From positions 32,001 through 96,000 of the IMG/VR virus record IMGVR_UViG_3300024264_000006: a stretch of 64,000 nt of DNA; one strand, 5' to 3'. Both the position numbers and the translations under genes were made by a program. The DNA is from a virus. The notes below the pieces were generated by a model. That model ran no database searches. It saw nothing but the letters and a program-made list of their open reading frames with translations, and was not told the DNA's origin. Shown piece after piece: positions 35,356 to 44,773 of this stretch; position 1 is the first letter of the stretch, and each line of letters starts with the position of its first letter.

Positions 35356-36573
35356 AGCAACGTCCAAATACCCACGTAATTGATCCATATTCAGCTTAGT
35401 ATCTTGGTAGAAAGGGGTCAGATCAAGGTCTTCCGGTATGGTATCAGCCAACTCCGGATTCCCCTGTTTTATCACTCTCCCAACAAAATAGTATTTATCT
35501 CCACGTTGTTCTACAAGATCACCCATTTCACGAGTCCAGTCATCACAGGATACCTGAAGTCTCGTGCCGTTGAATCGGACATCATAATAGTCGTCCGGTA
35601 CAGAACCAAGACACCAATCAGAATCCTCATCTTCAGGTAGGTATCTTACCAGAAGAGGTATGGCTGTGTCAATAGACCCGTAGTGTTGAAGGAAGGATAT
35701 ATTGTAATTTAGACACATCGTGTTGTATTCAGGCCCCATAGTGAACCCAGACATATTCATGAGAACATTGTTTTCGAAATAAGGATCGGAAGACAATATC
35801 CAATTGAGAACATCCCTATTCGGAACGATCATGTGAGATATGTGTTTGGAATTCACGAACCGACAAAACTCTTTTGAAGATGTGGTATGCCACTCATTCC
35901 TATCTGCAAGTGTGAAGTTGTAGTGTTTCTTAGATACCATCAGTGACGGTATGAGATCGGTAATCATTGCACTAGCATGGTGCATGTTCTTGGTATGTAA
36001 TACAACAGAGTCCTGTTCAAATTTAAAGATGTCGATATTGCGTTTACTCATATCGTACACTTCTTTGTGTGAGAAAGTAATCTGCCTAGAGAACTTTGTG
36101 GTTCCGGAAGTACTTGATATCAAGAAATCGTCTTCCGGTTGGACTTCCCACGGTTGGATGTCTTTATTTACCATATCAGACACTTGAGGTGGTCTGATAT
36201 TTTCTCCACCATACTGGTTTATCATCTCCGAATGTAACCCATCATAAAGCTTACTACCACTACCATCATCAAGACAAAACCTCGCAGGCCCGAATCTGGC
36301 GAGTTTAGTGAAGGGTAATGACTCCTTTTTTGCGGGTGAGTCTAAAAGTATGACACGTAAACCTAACTCAGCGCAGGCGAACAATGCAGTCACGTGCCAG
36401 TGGTTTACGTTAAGGATAGAGATTGCAACAAGGTCTCCCTTCTTCGCATGTCTCTTTACTAGGTATTGTTTCCACCTATTGATAAGACTTTCAAGGTGAT
36501 CATAATTGAACGTATCATTATATTCAACTTCTCTGTTTATTAAGTTCCTATTAATCTTCATAGAGTTTCCCAT
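35338..36573 (-). CDS. adenylate-forming (ANL/AMP-binding) enzyme-like, C-terminally short
   Basis: KGDLVAI, TSGTTK (A3), HYGSIDT (A5), MGDL (A7), FVGR (A8). Confidence 0.7.
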   Translation of the reverse strand: MGNSMKINRNLINREVEYNDTFNYDHLESLINRWKQYLVKRHAKKGDLVAISILNVNHWHVTALFACAELGLRVILLDSPAKKESLPFTKLARFGPARFCLDDGSGSKLYDGLHSEMINQYGGENIRPPQVSDMVNKDIQPWEVQPEDDFLISSTSGTTKFSRQITFSHKEVYDMSKRNIDIFKFEQDSVVLHTKNMHHASAMITDLIPSLMVSKKHYNFTLADRNEWHTTSSKEFCRFVNSKHISHMIVPNRDVLNWILSSDPYFENNVLMNMSGFTMGPEYNTMCLNYNISFLQHYGSIDTAIPLLVRYLPEDEDSDWCLGSVPDDYYDVRFNGTRLQVSCDDWTREMGDLVEQRGDKYYFVGRVIKQGNPELADTIPEDLDLTPFYQDTKLNMDQLRGYLDVAYNKKV

Positions 36574-36639
36574 ATAATAACACTAGCACCCACACTCAAC
36601 AATCCAAGGTAACTAAAATAGATAAAATAAAAAATTAAC

Positions 36640-37251
36640 TCAACCACAATATATCTCCATTTCTTTACATTTCGAACACTTACCACACGCCTTAGAGTTC
36701 TTCGATGTGCATGTTCTTATATGGGGTCTGACCTCTTTAGGGATCATTAACCATTGTTCTTTCTTACTTAGATGTTCCAATGGAGCAGACATCTCACTCT
36801 CAAACCCAAAGAGTTTACCTTGTTGTTTGCAATAATTTTGTGCAACTTCCCATGTATCTGCATTACCATCCGAACTGTTTTTACCTATGTAGATATCTTT
36901 GCACCAAGGGTTGACAATCTGAGTCATGAAAGCCATACTAGTCCACAAGGGTAGGACAGGGTATCCACCACCAAACTTTCTGTGTTTCCAGAACTCGGCG
37001 GTCTTCTCCACATCGGGGATTGCTGATTTACATTCGATGAAACTTACTTCAACACCAAGTACATCAGACATACGTTCTACTGCATATGTCTCAAACGGAT
37101 TGGCTTGAATGTTGTTGTTATAGATTTCTAAGTGGATTATAAGAGGGTTTCTTTTTTCTAGTACAAGTTGATGTACTAGTGAGGTACTTTCTACACCTCC
37201 AGACCAAGCGACTATACAATCATGATTTGAGGTGTTTAACATGGCTTGCAT
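36640..37251 (-). CDS. QueC-like PP-loop ATPase
   Basis: WSGGVEST, PL.HLSK, C-terminal C....CGKCSKC. Confidence 0.7.
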   Translation of the reverse strand: MQAMLNTSNHDCIVAWSGGVESTSLVHQLVLEKRNPLIIHLEIYNNNIQANPFETYAVERMSDVLGVEVSFIECKSAIPDVEKTAEFWKHRKFGGGYPVLPLWTSMAFMTQIVNPWCKDIYIGKNSSDGNADTWEVAQNYCKQQGKLFGFESEMSAPLEHLSKKEQWLMIPKEVRPHIRTCTSKNSKACGKCSKCKEMEIYCG

Positions 37252-37639
37252 GAATCTTACATCCTATAAATTCGTTGTAGTACTTATCACTGAGTAACAC
37301 ATCGTTTTCAAATTGCAGCTTGGCTTCGTAGTATGAACACTCACCCTTTGTTTTGCACAAACGGAGTATCTCACGATGGTACACATCCGTACCATTCTTT
37401 TCAACCAATAATTTTAGTTCCGCATTAGAACCGTAGTAATCCTGCCAATCAGACATTACTATCTTCTTTCTCTTACGAGTTTTACCCTTCAATGGTGGAA
37501 GGGTTCTTTTAGACCAAAAGAATTTCTTACCGATATATTTCTTTCCGGTAGCTCTATTGGTTATACAATATACGAATCCGTAGTTGTCTCCAACATCATC
37601 ATCGGTAAAGTTTTCTGACTGGTTGCGATAGTACCACAT
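37220..37639 (-). CDS. GIY-YIG (Seg-like) nuclease
   Basis: GFVYCITN..TGKKYIGKK, WQDYYGS, YYN. Confidence 0.8.
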   Translation of the reverse strand: MWYYRNQSENFTDDDVGDNYGFVYCITNRATGKKYIGKKFFWSKRTLPPLKGKTRKRKKIVMSDWQDYYGSNAELKLLVEKNGTDVYHREILRLCKTKGECSYYEAKLQFENDVLLSDKYYNEFIGCKIHASHVKHLKS

Positions 37640-37645
37640 AAGTTA

Positions 37646-37798
37646 CTATATAGTACCATCACTATCCCCCAGATATTCCACCTCAGCCTCTTCTCCACAC
37701 ATGGGACAGAAGAGGGGACTGTCATCGTCGTAGTTACAAACCACTCTGGTAATATTGTCACAAATCGCACATTCCAATTCGAATATATACGACTCCAT
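37646..37798 (-). CDS. small zinc-ribbon protein (50 aa, not in ORF track)
   Basis: MESYIFELECAICDN...FCPMCGE; ATG overlaps the nrdB stop. Confidence 0.7.
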   Translation of the reverse strand: MESYIFELECAICDNITRVVCNYDDDSPLFCPMCGEEAEVEYLGDSDGTI

Positions 37799-38796
37799 CA
37801 AGCGGCACAACCTTGCCCGTCCAATGCACAGGCCTCCGGTTCAGGTTCTTCCCAACCCCAATCACCTTCCATTCCATTAACGGAATACTCAGTGACTCTC
37901 TTCTCAAAGAAGTTATCGTGGGATGCACCGTTCAGTACCCAGTCCAACCACGGTAGTGGATTGTCCTTTTGTCGGAACTTTGTTTTCATACCAAGTTGTA
38001 GTAGTCTACGATCTGCAATGTGTCGGATGTATGCACGTACTTCTTTAATAGTCAAACCTTCTACTTTATTACCTTTGAATGCGAGTTCAATAAACTTGTC
38101 CTCTAGTGCAACCGCAGTCTTGGCCATTTCATAGATTTTAGACTTTAGTTCGTCATTGACGATACGTGGATGTTCCTCTGTAAATGTTCTGAATAGTTTT
38201 GCGTTACCTTGCACATGTAAAGTTTCGTCTCTAATAGACCACTCAACAATTGTACCCATACCTTTCATCTTACCGAAACGTTGGAAGTTCAACAACATCA
38301 CGAATGATGAGAACAGTGACATACCTTCATTGAATACAGACTGGGCCAATGCAAGTGCAAGACCTGTGTGTGTATTAGTATCGCCTTCTTTCATGAAGTC
38401 AACCTTGTCGGCCATCTCCTTAAACTCTAGGAATTTGTGATACTCTTCGTCGGGTAATCCTAACGTGTCATTAAGGAGAGCATACGCCCGTTGGTGTACT
38501 GCTTCTCTACCAGCGAACGAGGACAGCATGTTTCTGACTTCGTTATTCTTGAACTTCGGTATTAGAAGTTCGTGGTAGTTCTCACCGACCTGTACATCTG
38601 ACTGTGTGAACAATCGTAAGATGTGGGTAATAAACTCTTTCTCTTGACTGGATAGTTTGGTCTTCCAGTCCTGTACGTCTTCGGATAGTTCCGCTTCATC
38701 TTCAACCCAGTGAACCTCTTCATGTTTCTTCGATAACTCAACCGCCCACGGGTACTTGAACGGTTTGTATGTTGTGCTAAATTCTAATAACGACAT
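37798..38796 (-). CDS. nrdB: ribonucleotide reductase class Ia beta subunit
   Basis: REAVHQRAY (radical Tyr), EG..LFSSF, RDETLH, NFFEKRVTEY. Confidence 0.97.
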   Translation of the reverse strand: MSLLEFSTTYKPFKYPWAVELSKKHEEVHWVEDEAELSEDVQDWKTKLSSQEKEFITHILRLFTQSDVQVGENYHELLIPKFKNNEVRNMLSSFAGREAVHQRAYALLNDTLGLPDEEYHKFLEFKEMADKVDFMKEGDTNTHTGLALALAQSVFNEGMSLFSSFVMLLNFQRFGKMKGMGTIVEWSIRDETLHVQGNAKLFRTFTEEHPRIVNDELKSKIYEMAKTAVALEDKFIELAFKGNKVEGLTIKEVRAYIRHIADRRLLQLGMKTKFRQKDNPLPWLDWVLNGASHDNFFEKRVTEYSVNGMEGDWGWEEPEPEACALDGQGCAA

Positions 38797-39173
38797 TAAT
38801 GTTTCCTTTTATAATCTTTTATTGCTTCTTTTATCGCATCTTCGGCAAGTACACTACAGTGGATTTTGACTGGTGGTAGTGCGAGTTCGTGTGCGATATC
38901 TGTGTTTTTAATACTCCCAGCTTCATCAAGAGTGCGACCTTTAACCCATTCGGTAAGCAATGAGGAAGAAGCGATAGCACTTCCGCATCCGTAGGTTTTA
39001 AATTTAGCATCCTCGATAATTCCATTTTCACTTACCTTTATTTGAAGTTGCATGACATCACCACAGGCAGGTGCTCCGACCATACCTGTACCAACATCTT
39101 CATCTTCTTTGTTAAGTTTACCAACATTCCTTGGGTTCTCGTAGTGATCAAGAACCTTTTCTGAATAGGCCAT
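38796..39173 (-). CDS. iscU: Fe-S cluster scaffold IscU
   Basis: MAYSEKVLDHYENPRNVG, APACGD, GCGSAIAS, LPPVKIHC. Confidence 0.97.
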   Translation of the reverse strand: MAYSEKVLDHYENPRNVGKLNKEDEDVGTGMVGAPACGDVMQLQIKVSENGIIEDAKFKTYGCGSAIASSSLLTEWVKGRTLDEAGSIKNTDIAHELALPPVKIHCSVLAEDAIKEAIKDYKRKH

Positions 39174-39176
39174 TTA

Positions 39177-41156
39177 TTAACCCTCGCAAGCACGGCACTC
39201 CTCTGTTTCTGATTGGATTTCTGTCTTTAACAATTCCATCAGTTCTTCGTAACCACCCACATATTCACCTTCAAGGTAAACCTGTGGGACGGTCTTAACT
39301 CTTCTACCTGTTACTTCAGCGGCAGTCTTACCTACCTCTTCCAGATCAATATAATCAAAGGGGATACCACGTAGGTTTAATTCGTCTTTAGTCATTTCAC
39401 AGAAAGGACAGTTCTTCTTACCGTACACCAAGGTACGTTTATCATCTTCAAGGGCAACTCTTTCTACCTTTTCAGACACATTCTCCGCACGAGAACTTGA
39501 TTCTGTACGTAGGTAGTAGAGTCCTTTGAGACCTGATTCCCATGCCTTCAAGTGCACCTTGTTGACATAAGACTTCTGGACACCAGATGGAAAGAAAAGA
39601 TTTACGGATTGACCTTGACAAATGTTGGGTTGTCTATCGGCCGCATGTTTGATAATCCATGTCTGATCTAATTCTTGTGCAGTCTTATATATGCTTTTCT
39701 CACCCTCAGTGAGTTCTGGTAAATGTTGTACCGAACCTTTATTGGTAATAATAGACTTCCAGATCGAATCGTTGTTTAGACCACGTGGTTCAAGTAATTG
39801 TTCTAGGTACTTGTTCTTAACTAAGAACGAACCCGCACGTGTACGATGTGTGTATGCATTTGCCTTCAACGGTTCAATAGATGGACTTGTCGATAAGATT
39901 ACGCCAGACGAGGCATTAGGAGCAATTGCAAGTAGATGGGCGTTACGTTGTCCACTTCCCACCCCATCAGGGTACTCCCCTCTCTCATCTGCCAGTAAAG
40001 CCGACTGCTTCGATGCCTGATCCTTAATTCTTTCGAACACAACCTTATTGATATCTCTAGCTCTTTCGGACTCCCAAGCAACTCCGTGTTTTTGTAACAA
40101 CGAGTGAAATCCCATCGCTCCAAGACCGATTGACCGTTCTCTTTCGGCGGAGTATTTGGCTCTTGTGATTGTGTCGGGTGCTTCGTCGATGAAGTACTGC
40201 AAGACGTTATCAAGCATAGTAATAAGATCAGCGACAATTGTAGTATCTTTCCATTCATCATAGTATTCCAAGTTCAGTGATGACAAACAACAGACGGCAG
40301 TTCTGTCTTCGTTTGTTGGTAAATGAATCTCATTACAGAGATTCGACCCATTGATTTTTAGACCCAAGTCTTTTAACGGTTGAGGTAAATCACGGTTTGC
40401 TGCATCGATAAAGTTTATGTATGGTTCACCTGTGCGAAACCGGACTTCAAGTATTCTTTCCCATAGTTTTCGTGCATTGATCATTTCCTTAACTTTATCG
40501 TCCTTGGGATCACGTAGTGCAAACTCTTTGTTGTCACGAACAGCTTCCATGAACTCATCGGTGATATTGATTGCGTTGTGTAGGTTCAATGCCTTACGTT
40601 GCACATCACCCGTAGGGATACGCATGTTCAAGAATTCAATAATGTCTGGATGACTCACGTCCATGTAGGCCGCATATGATCCTTTACGAGTCTTACCTTG
40701 ACGGTAAGCAATCATATCTGCGTCTACAGTGTGAAGGAAGGGAATTGGGCCTGGAGCAATGTCAGACACAGTTCGCACGTCTGACCAATGGCCTCCGACA
40801 CCCCCGCCGTAAACACTAAGCCAACGTAACTCAGAACTATGACTAATGAGACCGTCCAGAGTATCTGGGACATACGTAAGGAAACAGGAGATTGGCATCC
40901 CCTTTCCTTTGCCATGTCCATTCGGTGCATTAGATAGAACCGGACTTGCAAACATAAACCACTTATTACTAACATAATCATATAAACGTTCAGAGAGTCC
41001 TTCATCCATTTCTCCCTTATATGTTGACCATGCTTTGGCAGCACGTGCATACCCTTCTTGCGGCGAGTCTTCGTTGTCGTTTAGATAGAAATCCTTCAAC
41101 ATTCCCACAGCATAGTCTGCTAGTAGGTCATCCTTTTTTTTATTAATTTTGATCAT
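39177..41156 (-). CDS. nrdA: ribonucleotide reductase alpha subunit, no ATP cone, glutaredoxin fused near the C-terminus
   Basis: ISCF, SNLCNEI, CCLSS, APNASS, GLYYLRT; then CPFC...TVPQV...VGGY and terminal CRACEG. Confidence 0.95.
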   Translation of the reverse strand: MIKINKKKDDLLADYAVGMLKDFYLNDNEDSPQEGYARAAKAWSTYKGEMDEGLSERLYDYVSNKWFMFASPVLSNAPNGHGKGKGMPISCFLTYVPDTLDGLISHSSELRWLSVYGGGVGGHWSDVRTVSDIAPGPIPFLHTVDADMIAYRQGKTRKGSYAAYMDVSHPDIIEFLNMRIPTGDVQRKALNLHNAINITDEFMEAVRDNKEFALRDPKDDKVKEMINARKLWERILEVRFRTGEPYINFIDAANRDLPQPLKDLGLKINGSNLCNEIHLPTNEDRTAVCCLSSLNLEYYDEWKDTTIVADLITMLDNVLQYFIDEAPDTITRAKYSAERERSIGLGAMGFHSLLQKHGVAWESERARDINKVVFERIKDQASKQSALLADERGEYPDGVGSGQRNAHLLAIAPNASSGVILSTSPSIEPLKANAYTHRTRAGSFLVKNKYLEQLLEPRGLNNDSIWKSIITNKGSVQHLPELTEGEKSIYKTAQELDQTWIIKHAADRQPNICQGQSVNLFFPSGVQKSYVNKVHLKAWESGLKGLYYLRTESSSRAENVSEKVERVALEDDKRTLVYGKKNCPFCEMTKDELNLRGIPFDYIDLEEVGKTAAEVTGRRVKTVPQVYLEGEYVGGYEELMELLKTEIQSETEECRACEG

Positions 41157-41166
41157 TCTTTTCCCA

Positions 41167-41517
41167 TTATAATTTACTGTAATCGTAGAAGGGGTCTGCT
41201 TCTGAAAACTCATATTCTTCTATAAAGACTTGTTTACCTGTCTCTATAAAAGTTTTAGCCATCTTCAACATGTACTCTTCCTGTTGATCCTCAAATATTT
41301 TGTCCTCATATAGTAGATGAGATAACATCGAGGTGTGGTAATTCTCCACGACAAATCTGTCGGGGTAGAGGTATTTATTACTGGTGCCATCTCTACAGAT
41401 GTATACTAGACTATCTTTTTCGTTTTCTTCTTGGAAAACTAAGACTTGATCGGACTCCTCGTTATCGAAGATTACGACATAGTGTCCGGAAGGTAAAGGT
41501 GTAATGTTCATACTCAC
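41167..41517 (-). CDS. hypothetical protein
   Basis: ORF track. Confidence 0.55.
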   Translation of the reverse strand: MSMNITPLPSGHYVVIFDNEESDQVLVFQEENEKDSLVYICRDGTSNKYLYPDRFVVENYHTSMLSHLLYEDKIFEDQQEEYMLKMAKTFIETGKQVFIEEYEFSEADPFYDYSKL

Positions 41518-41534
41518 TCCAATTTGAATGAGTA

Positions 41535-41564
41535 ATTATATCAGTGGTTGGGGTACTTTGTCAA
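41535..41564 (-). promoter_or_regulatory. sigma70-like promoter for the nrd operon
   Basis: TTGACA-N18-TATAAT. Confidence 0.65.
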
Positions 41565-41570
41565 GGGGTT

Positions 41571-41759
41571 TCATTTACTTTGTTGCTTAGATTTCTCTGA
41601 CCACTTCTCCATAAATCTGGACAAAACCTTAGCCATATCTTTGCGTTTCTTTTTGCGGTCAAACTTCTTACGGACAACAACGGTAGAAGAATCATCACCA
41701 GTTCCGACTACAGAACTAGTTCCAGTCATCTCTTCATAGAACTTATCGAATGATTTCAT
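41571..41759 (-). CDS. small putative internal head protein
   Basis: CTS-like MKSFDKFYEE. Confidence 0.55.
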   Translation of the reverse strand: MKSFDKFYEEMTGTSSVVGTGDDSSTVVVRKKFDRKKKRKDMAKVLSRFMEKWSEKSKQQSK

Positions 41760-42352
41760 TTTGTTATCTCTCCGGTTGTGAAATATATGCGTTGTCTTGT
41801 TTTTAAATGTGTTCCTTCGTATATACTCAATCCCAACATCTCTTCAACCGGATTACCGTCTACGATTCTAATTTGATCGTCTTTACTGACAGCCTCAACA
41901 AAAGATGTTGCTGTCATGGAATCGTTCTTCATACGATATACGCCAGGCGATAACTCATTACCCTGTAACATAAACCACTGAGAATCTTCAGCGAGTACGT
42001 CAAGGATATCGATACCAGTCTTTGCGTGGATTTTTTCTATGTCGGTGTCAGATAGTTCACCGTGTTCTTTGATGAGAGCGAGAGCAGCACCATAACGTGC
42101 AACGACTGACTTACCGCCAGGCGCTTTCGCCATGATCTTCTTTAGGTTATATACGAGACGATGAAATGCGGTATAGTGATCTCTAAGGGCTTCACGATTC
42201 TCCATTGTATTATCGTCGAAGTCCTTACGTCTTTTTCCGTTCTCATCTACGATGCCTAGTTTGAATGCTTCAGTGTTTTCGATAGGAGTTACTAGCAACT
42301 TCAGAAATCGAATAGTGTATACTAGGTCTGCTGCAGATTTTAAGATTCCCAT
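41756..42352 (-). CDS. conserved T4-like hypothetical protein
   Basis: RFLKLLVTP...AFKLGIVDENG...FHRLV.NLKK. Confidence 0.7.
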   Translation of the reverse strand: MGILKSAADLVYTIRFLKLLVTPIENTEAFKLGIVDENGKRRKDFDDNTMENREALRDHYTAFHRLVYNLKKIMAKAPGGKSVVARYGAALALIKEHGELSDTDIEKIHAKTGIDILDVLAEDSQWFMLQGNELSPGVYRMKNDSMTATSFVEAVSKDDQIRIVDGNPVEEMLGLSIYEGTHLKTRQRIYFTTGEITK

Positions 42353-42718
42353 CTATATTCTCCTAATCTCTCTTAATCGCTCTACTGCGAGTTGATCCAT
42401 ATTTACTTCAGGATATCCATGTTCGTCAATGGCTCTTAGAAAAATTAGAAATGGTTTTAATACTGACCAGTGTTCCTTTTCTATTTTAAACTCTAGGATG
42501 TGTAATCCCGCCTCATAACCAAACACATTAAATACAACTATGAGGTGATTCAGAACCAATCTTTCACTCAGATCACCTTGGTCTTTATATCGGTTCAACA
42601 ATCTCTTTATGTACTTGAACCGTTTTAAGTCTTCAAAAAACTGATCACCATCAATCGCCATTGGTGTGTGATAATGCTTTGCTGCATATATCATCAGGTT
42701 CTTACTATTCAAATTCAT
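42353..42718 (-). CDS. conserved T4-like hypothetical protein
   Basis: F.EDLKRFKYIKRLL...LNHLIV.FNVFG. Confidence 0.7.
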   Translation of the reverse strand: MNLNSKNLMIYAAKHYHTPMAIDGDQFFEDLKRFKYIKRLLNRYKDQGDLSERLVLNHLIVVFNVFGYEAGLHILEFKIEKEHWSVLKPFLIFLRAIDEHGYPEVNMDQLAVERLREIRRI

Positions 42719-42765
42719 TATATACCTTTCAGGATAAAATTAAGTCTATCCTTTATATAGGGGTG

Positions 42766-43074
42766 TCAAGATAGTTTTTCTATAAGACTCTTTTTACTAT
42801 CCCAAGTACGTACTTCAACACCACTTTGCTCTGCAAGAGCAACCAATTGAGGTTTAGTCATTGATGACAAACCCACGTTTCCGACAGGAGCTTCATGTAA
42901 CATCTGTGGTGCTTGATGAACTACCTGTTCCGTGACTTGACTAACACCAAGATAATCTTCGATCTCACCAGAAGTAATTCTTTGTGATTTCAAAAGTTCT
43001 CCCGTGACCGGATCAATCCAGCCACGAGTAGTAGGTGTAGAACTTGAAGCCCATGAGGGTGGTTTAATTGCCAT
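42766..43074 (-). CDS. hypothetical protein with a C-terminal HeH/Rho-N-like motif
   Basis: LSSMTKPQLVALAE..G.....KKSLIEKL. Confidence 0.5.
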   Translation of the reverse strand: MAIKPPSWASSSTPTTRGWIDPVTGELLKSQRITSGEIEDYLGVSQVTEQVVHQAPQMLHEAPVGNVGLSSMTKPQLVALAEQSGVEVRTWDSKKSLIEKLS

Positions 43075-43076
43075 AA

Positions 43077-43781
43077 TTAGTCCTCTACTTTCTGATCTGC
43101 AACTTCTTGTGCGATTTCACCCCAAGTCTTACCAGACAATACATCCATGATCTTCTCACGTGATGTACGAGTGTCTTCCTTTACGGGGTTAACAACATTC
43201 TTGTCACCAGACTTATTATCGCCGGGTCTCTTAGGTGCTTCTTTACCAGAGTTACCTGCTTTAGTTGTTGCGTCAACTGCCTTTTCTTGATGTTTCTCAT
43301 GTTCAGGATCAGACTTCTTGTGTTTCGCAATAAATTCTTTTGACTTAGGAGATTCCTTGTCATCGATTTTTTCACCTTCTTCAGGTTTTGCCTTGGCTGC
43401 TTCACCAAGTGCATCGACCAATTGATCCAAATCTTCTTTAGTAGTCACCTTCTCACCGATCTTAGAAATCTCAGCGGTTTTACCGTCTGTGTTACCGGCT
43501 ACAGGCTTCTTTTTCTTCTTATCTTTTGAAAGATCAGTCTCTCCACCTTCTTGATCCTTATCGTCACTCTTCTTAGCGTCGATAGCATCGTCGGTAGCAG
43601 CACGCTTCTTGTGCAGATACTCATCTGAAGAATCTACGTCTCCATCATTGTCGATGTCCTTGTCCTTACGATCTTTGAACTTCTTATCGTTCTCTTTATC
43701 GTCTACAGGATCAAGTTTCTTTTTCTCAGAGACAACCTCAAGATACGCCTCCGCCATTTTTTTGATATCTTCCGTTCTCAT
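43077..43781 (-). CDS. charged putative internal head protein
   Basis: DIDNDGDVDSSDEYLHKKR motif; Lys/Asp/Glu-rich. Confidence 0.55.
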   Translation of the reverse strand: MRTEDIKKMAEAYLEVVSEKKKLDPVDDKENDKKFKDRKDKDIDNDGDVDSSDEYLHKKRAATDDAIDAKKSDDKDQEGGETDLSKDKKKKKPVAGNTDGKTAEISKIGEKVTTKEDLDQLVDALGEAAKAKPEEGEKIDDKESPKSKEFIAKHKKSDPEHEKHQEKAVDATTKAGNSGKEAPKRPGDNKSGDKNVVNPVKEDTRTSREKIMDVLSGKTWGEIAQEVADQKVED

Positions 43782-43792
43782 TATTGTCTCCG

Positions 43793-44086
43793 TTACATGA
43801 ACCAGAATAGTTTGATTATACCGCCGATCACACCAGTGCCGACGATCAGGGCGATTCTATTAATAATATGTACAGTCCTAGCATTATCATCCACTTTCTT
43901 TTCGATGTCATCGAGCTTCTGGGAGAATCTATTCATTCTCTCAAAATTAGAGTGGTTGTTCTTCTCAATAGCTATAAGCTTCTCCTCCGCCCGAGCGAGA
44001 GCAATCATCGCATCTGCGAGTTTATCAATCTTTTCCTCAATTCTGTCAAGTCGTTTTGCTTGAGTTTGATGAGTTTCTACTGCCAT
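43793..44086 (-). CDS. coiled-coil protein with a C-terminal TM helix
   Basis: RLDRIEEKIDKL...; late promoter at 44127-44134. Confidence 0.6.
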   Translation of the reverse strand: MAVETHQTQAKRLDRIEEKIDKLADAMIALARAEEKLIAIEKNNHSNFERMNRFSQKLDDIEKKVDDNARTVHIINRIALIVGTGVIGGIIKLFWFM

Positions 44087-44126
44087 TTGTGTACCTATCC
44101 CATAGAAATATAGTAATAACTTATTC

Positions 44127-44134
44127 TATTTATA
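44127..44134 (-). promoter_or_regulatory. T4-type late promoter
   Basis: Exact TATAAATA. Confidence 0.75.
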
Positions 44135-44139
44135 TTATT

Positions 44140-44490
44140 TTAATTATCAACCTTAGCGCTTCCACGCCATTGATAACAACTCCAATACCTCGCTTTCCAC
44201 TTAGGGCCAGGATTTGCACAATTGTGCCTTGCTCTAAATGACGCTCTCTTCTTAGGGTTGTCTCTATTGATTCCCATATTGGGATCACCAAATCGAACAA
44301 CCACAACCTTACCACTTTCATTCTTTACATACACCTTGAACTTCTTATTAGGGTTCTCAGATGTACGAATAGGGTCATTTAGTTTGACCTTCTTGCCTTG
44401 GTATTCTGACTCAGTTATTTCCAAGTCTTCGAAAAGATCATTGCATTCGCAATGTTCATCTATGCTTAAGTACTCTGTAAATTTTTTCAT
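44140..44490 (-). CDS. putative internal head protein
   Basis: MKKFTEYL; FGDPNM...RASFRARHNC...ARYWSC. Confidence 0.65.
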   Translation of the reverse strand: MKKFTEYLSIDEHCECNDLFEDLEITESEYQGKKVKLNDPIRTSENPNKKFKVYVKNESGKVVVVRFGDPNMGINRDNPKKRASFRARHNCANPGPKWKARYWSCYQWRGSAKVDN

Positions 44491-44771
44491 GTGATGTATG
44501 TATTGAGTTCGTAACGTTTGTTGTCCAAATTAGTTACCTGTACTGCAAGCATCTTACGCTTCTCATCCTTTAATTTGAGAGTGAAACTGTTGGTCTTACC
44601 ATTGGAAGGTTTCCTAGGCCCCATTGCCACCTTTCTATCAATGTCATCGGTATCCACTTCAAAACCCCTTTTCTTCGCAAATGCGTATGCAGCTGCCATC
44701 GCAGCAGAATAGGTTTTGTGGTAGATTGGATAAGAATCCTTCTTTTCTCTTAATTGGTCAAATGTAATCAT
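44487..44771 (-). CDS. putative internal head protein
   Basis: MITFDQLRE; C-terminal YELNTYI. Confidence 0.6.
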   Translation of the reverse strand: MITFDQLREKKDSYPIYHKTYSAAMAAAYAFAKKRGFEVDTDDIDRKVAMGPRKPSNGKTNSFTLKLKDEKRKMLAVQVTNLDNKRYELNTYIT

Positions 44772-44773
44772 GG

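Noticed and set aside
36640-37251. 7-deazaguanine DNA modification system
   Set aside because: Only a divergent QueC-like gene is present; partner genes are not visible in this window.
37220-37639. Intron-encoded homing endonuclease in nrdB
   Set aside because: nrdA and nrdB are uninterrupted; the GIY-YIG gene is free-standing and short.
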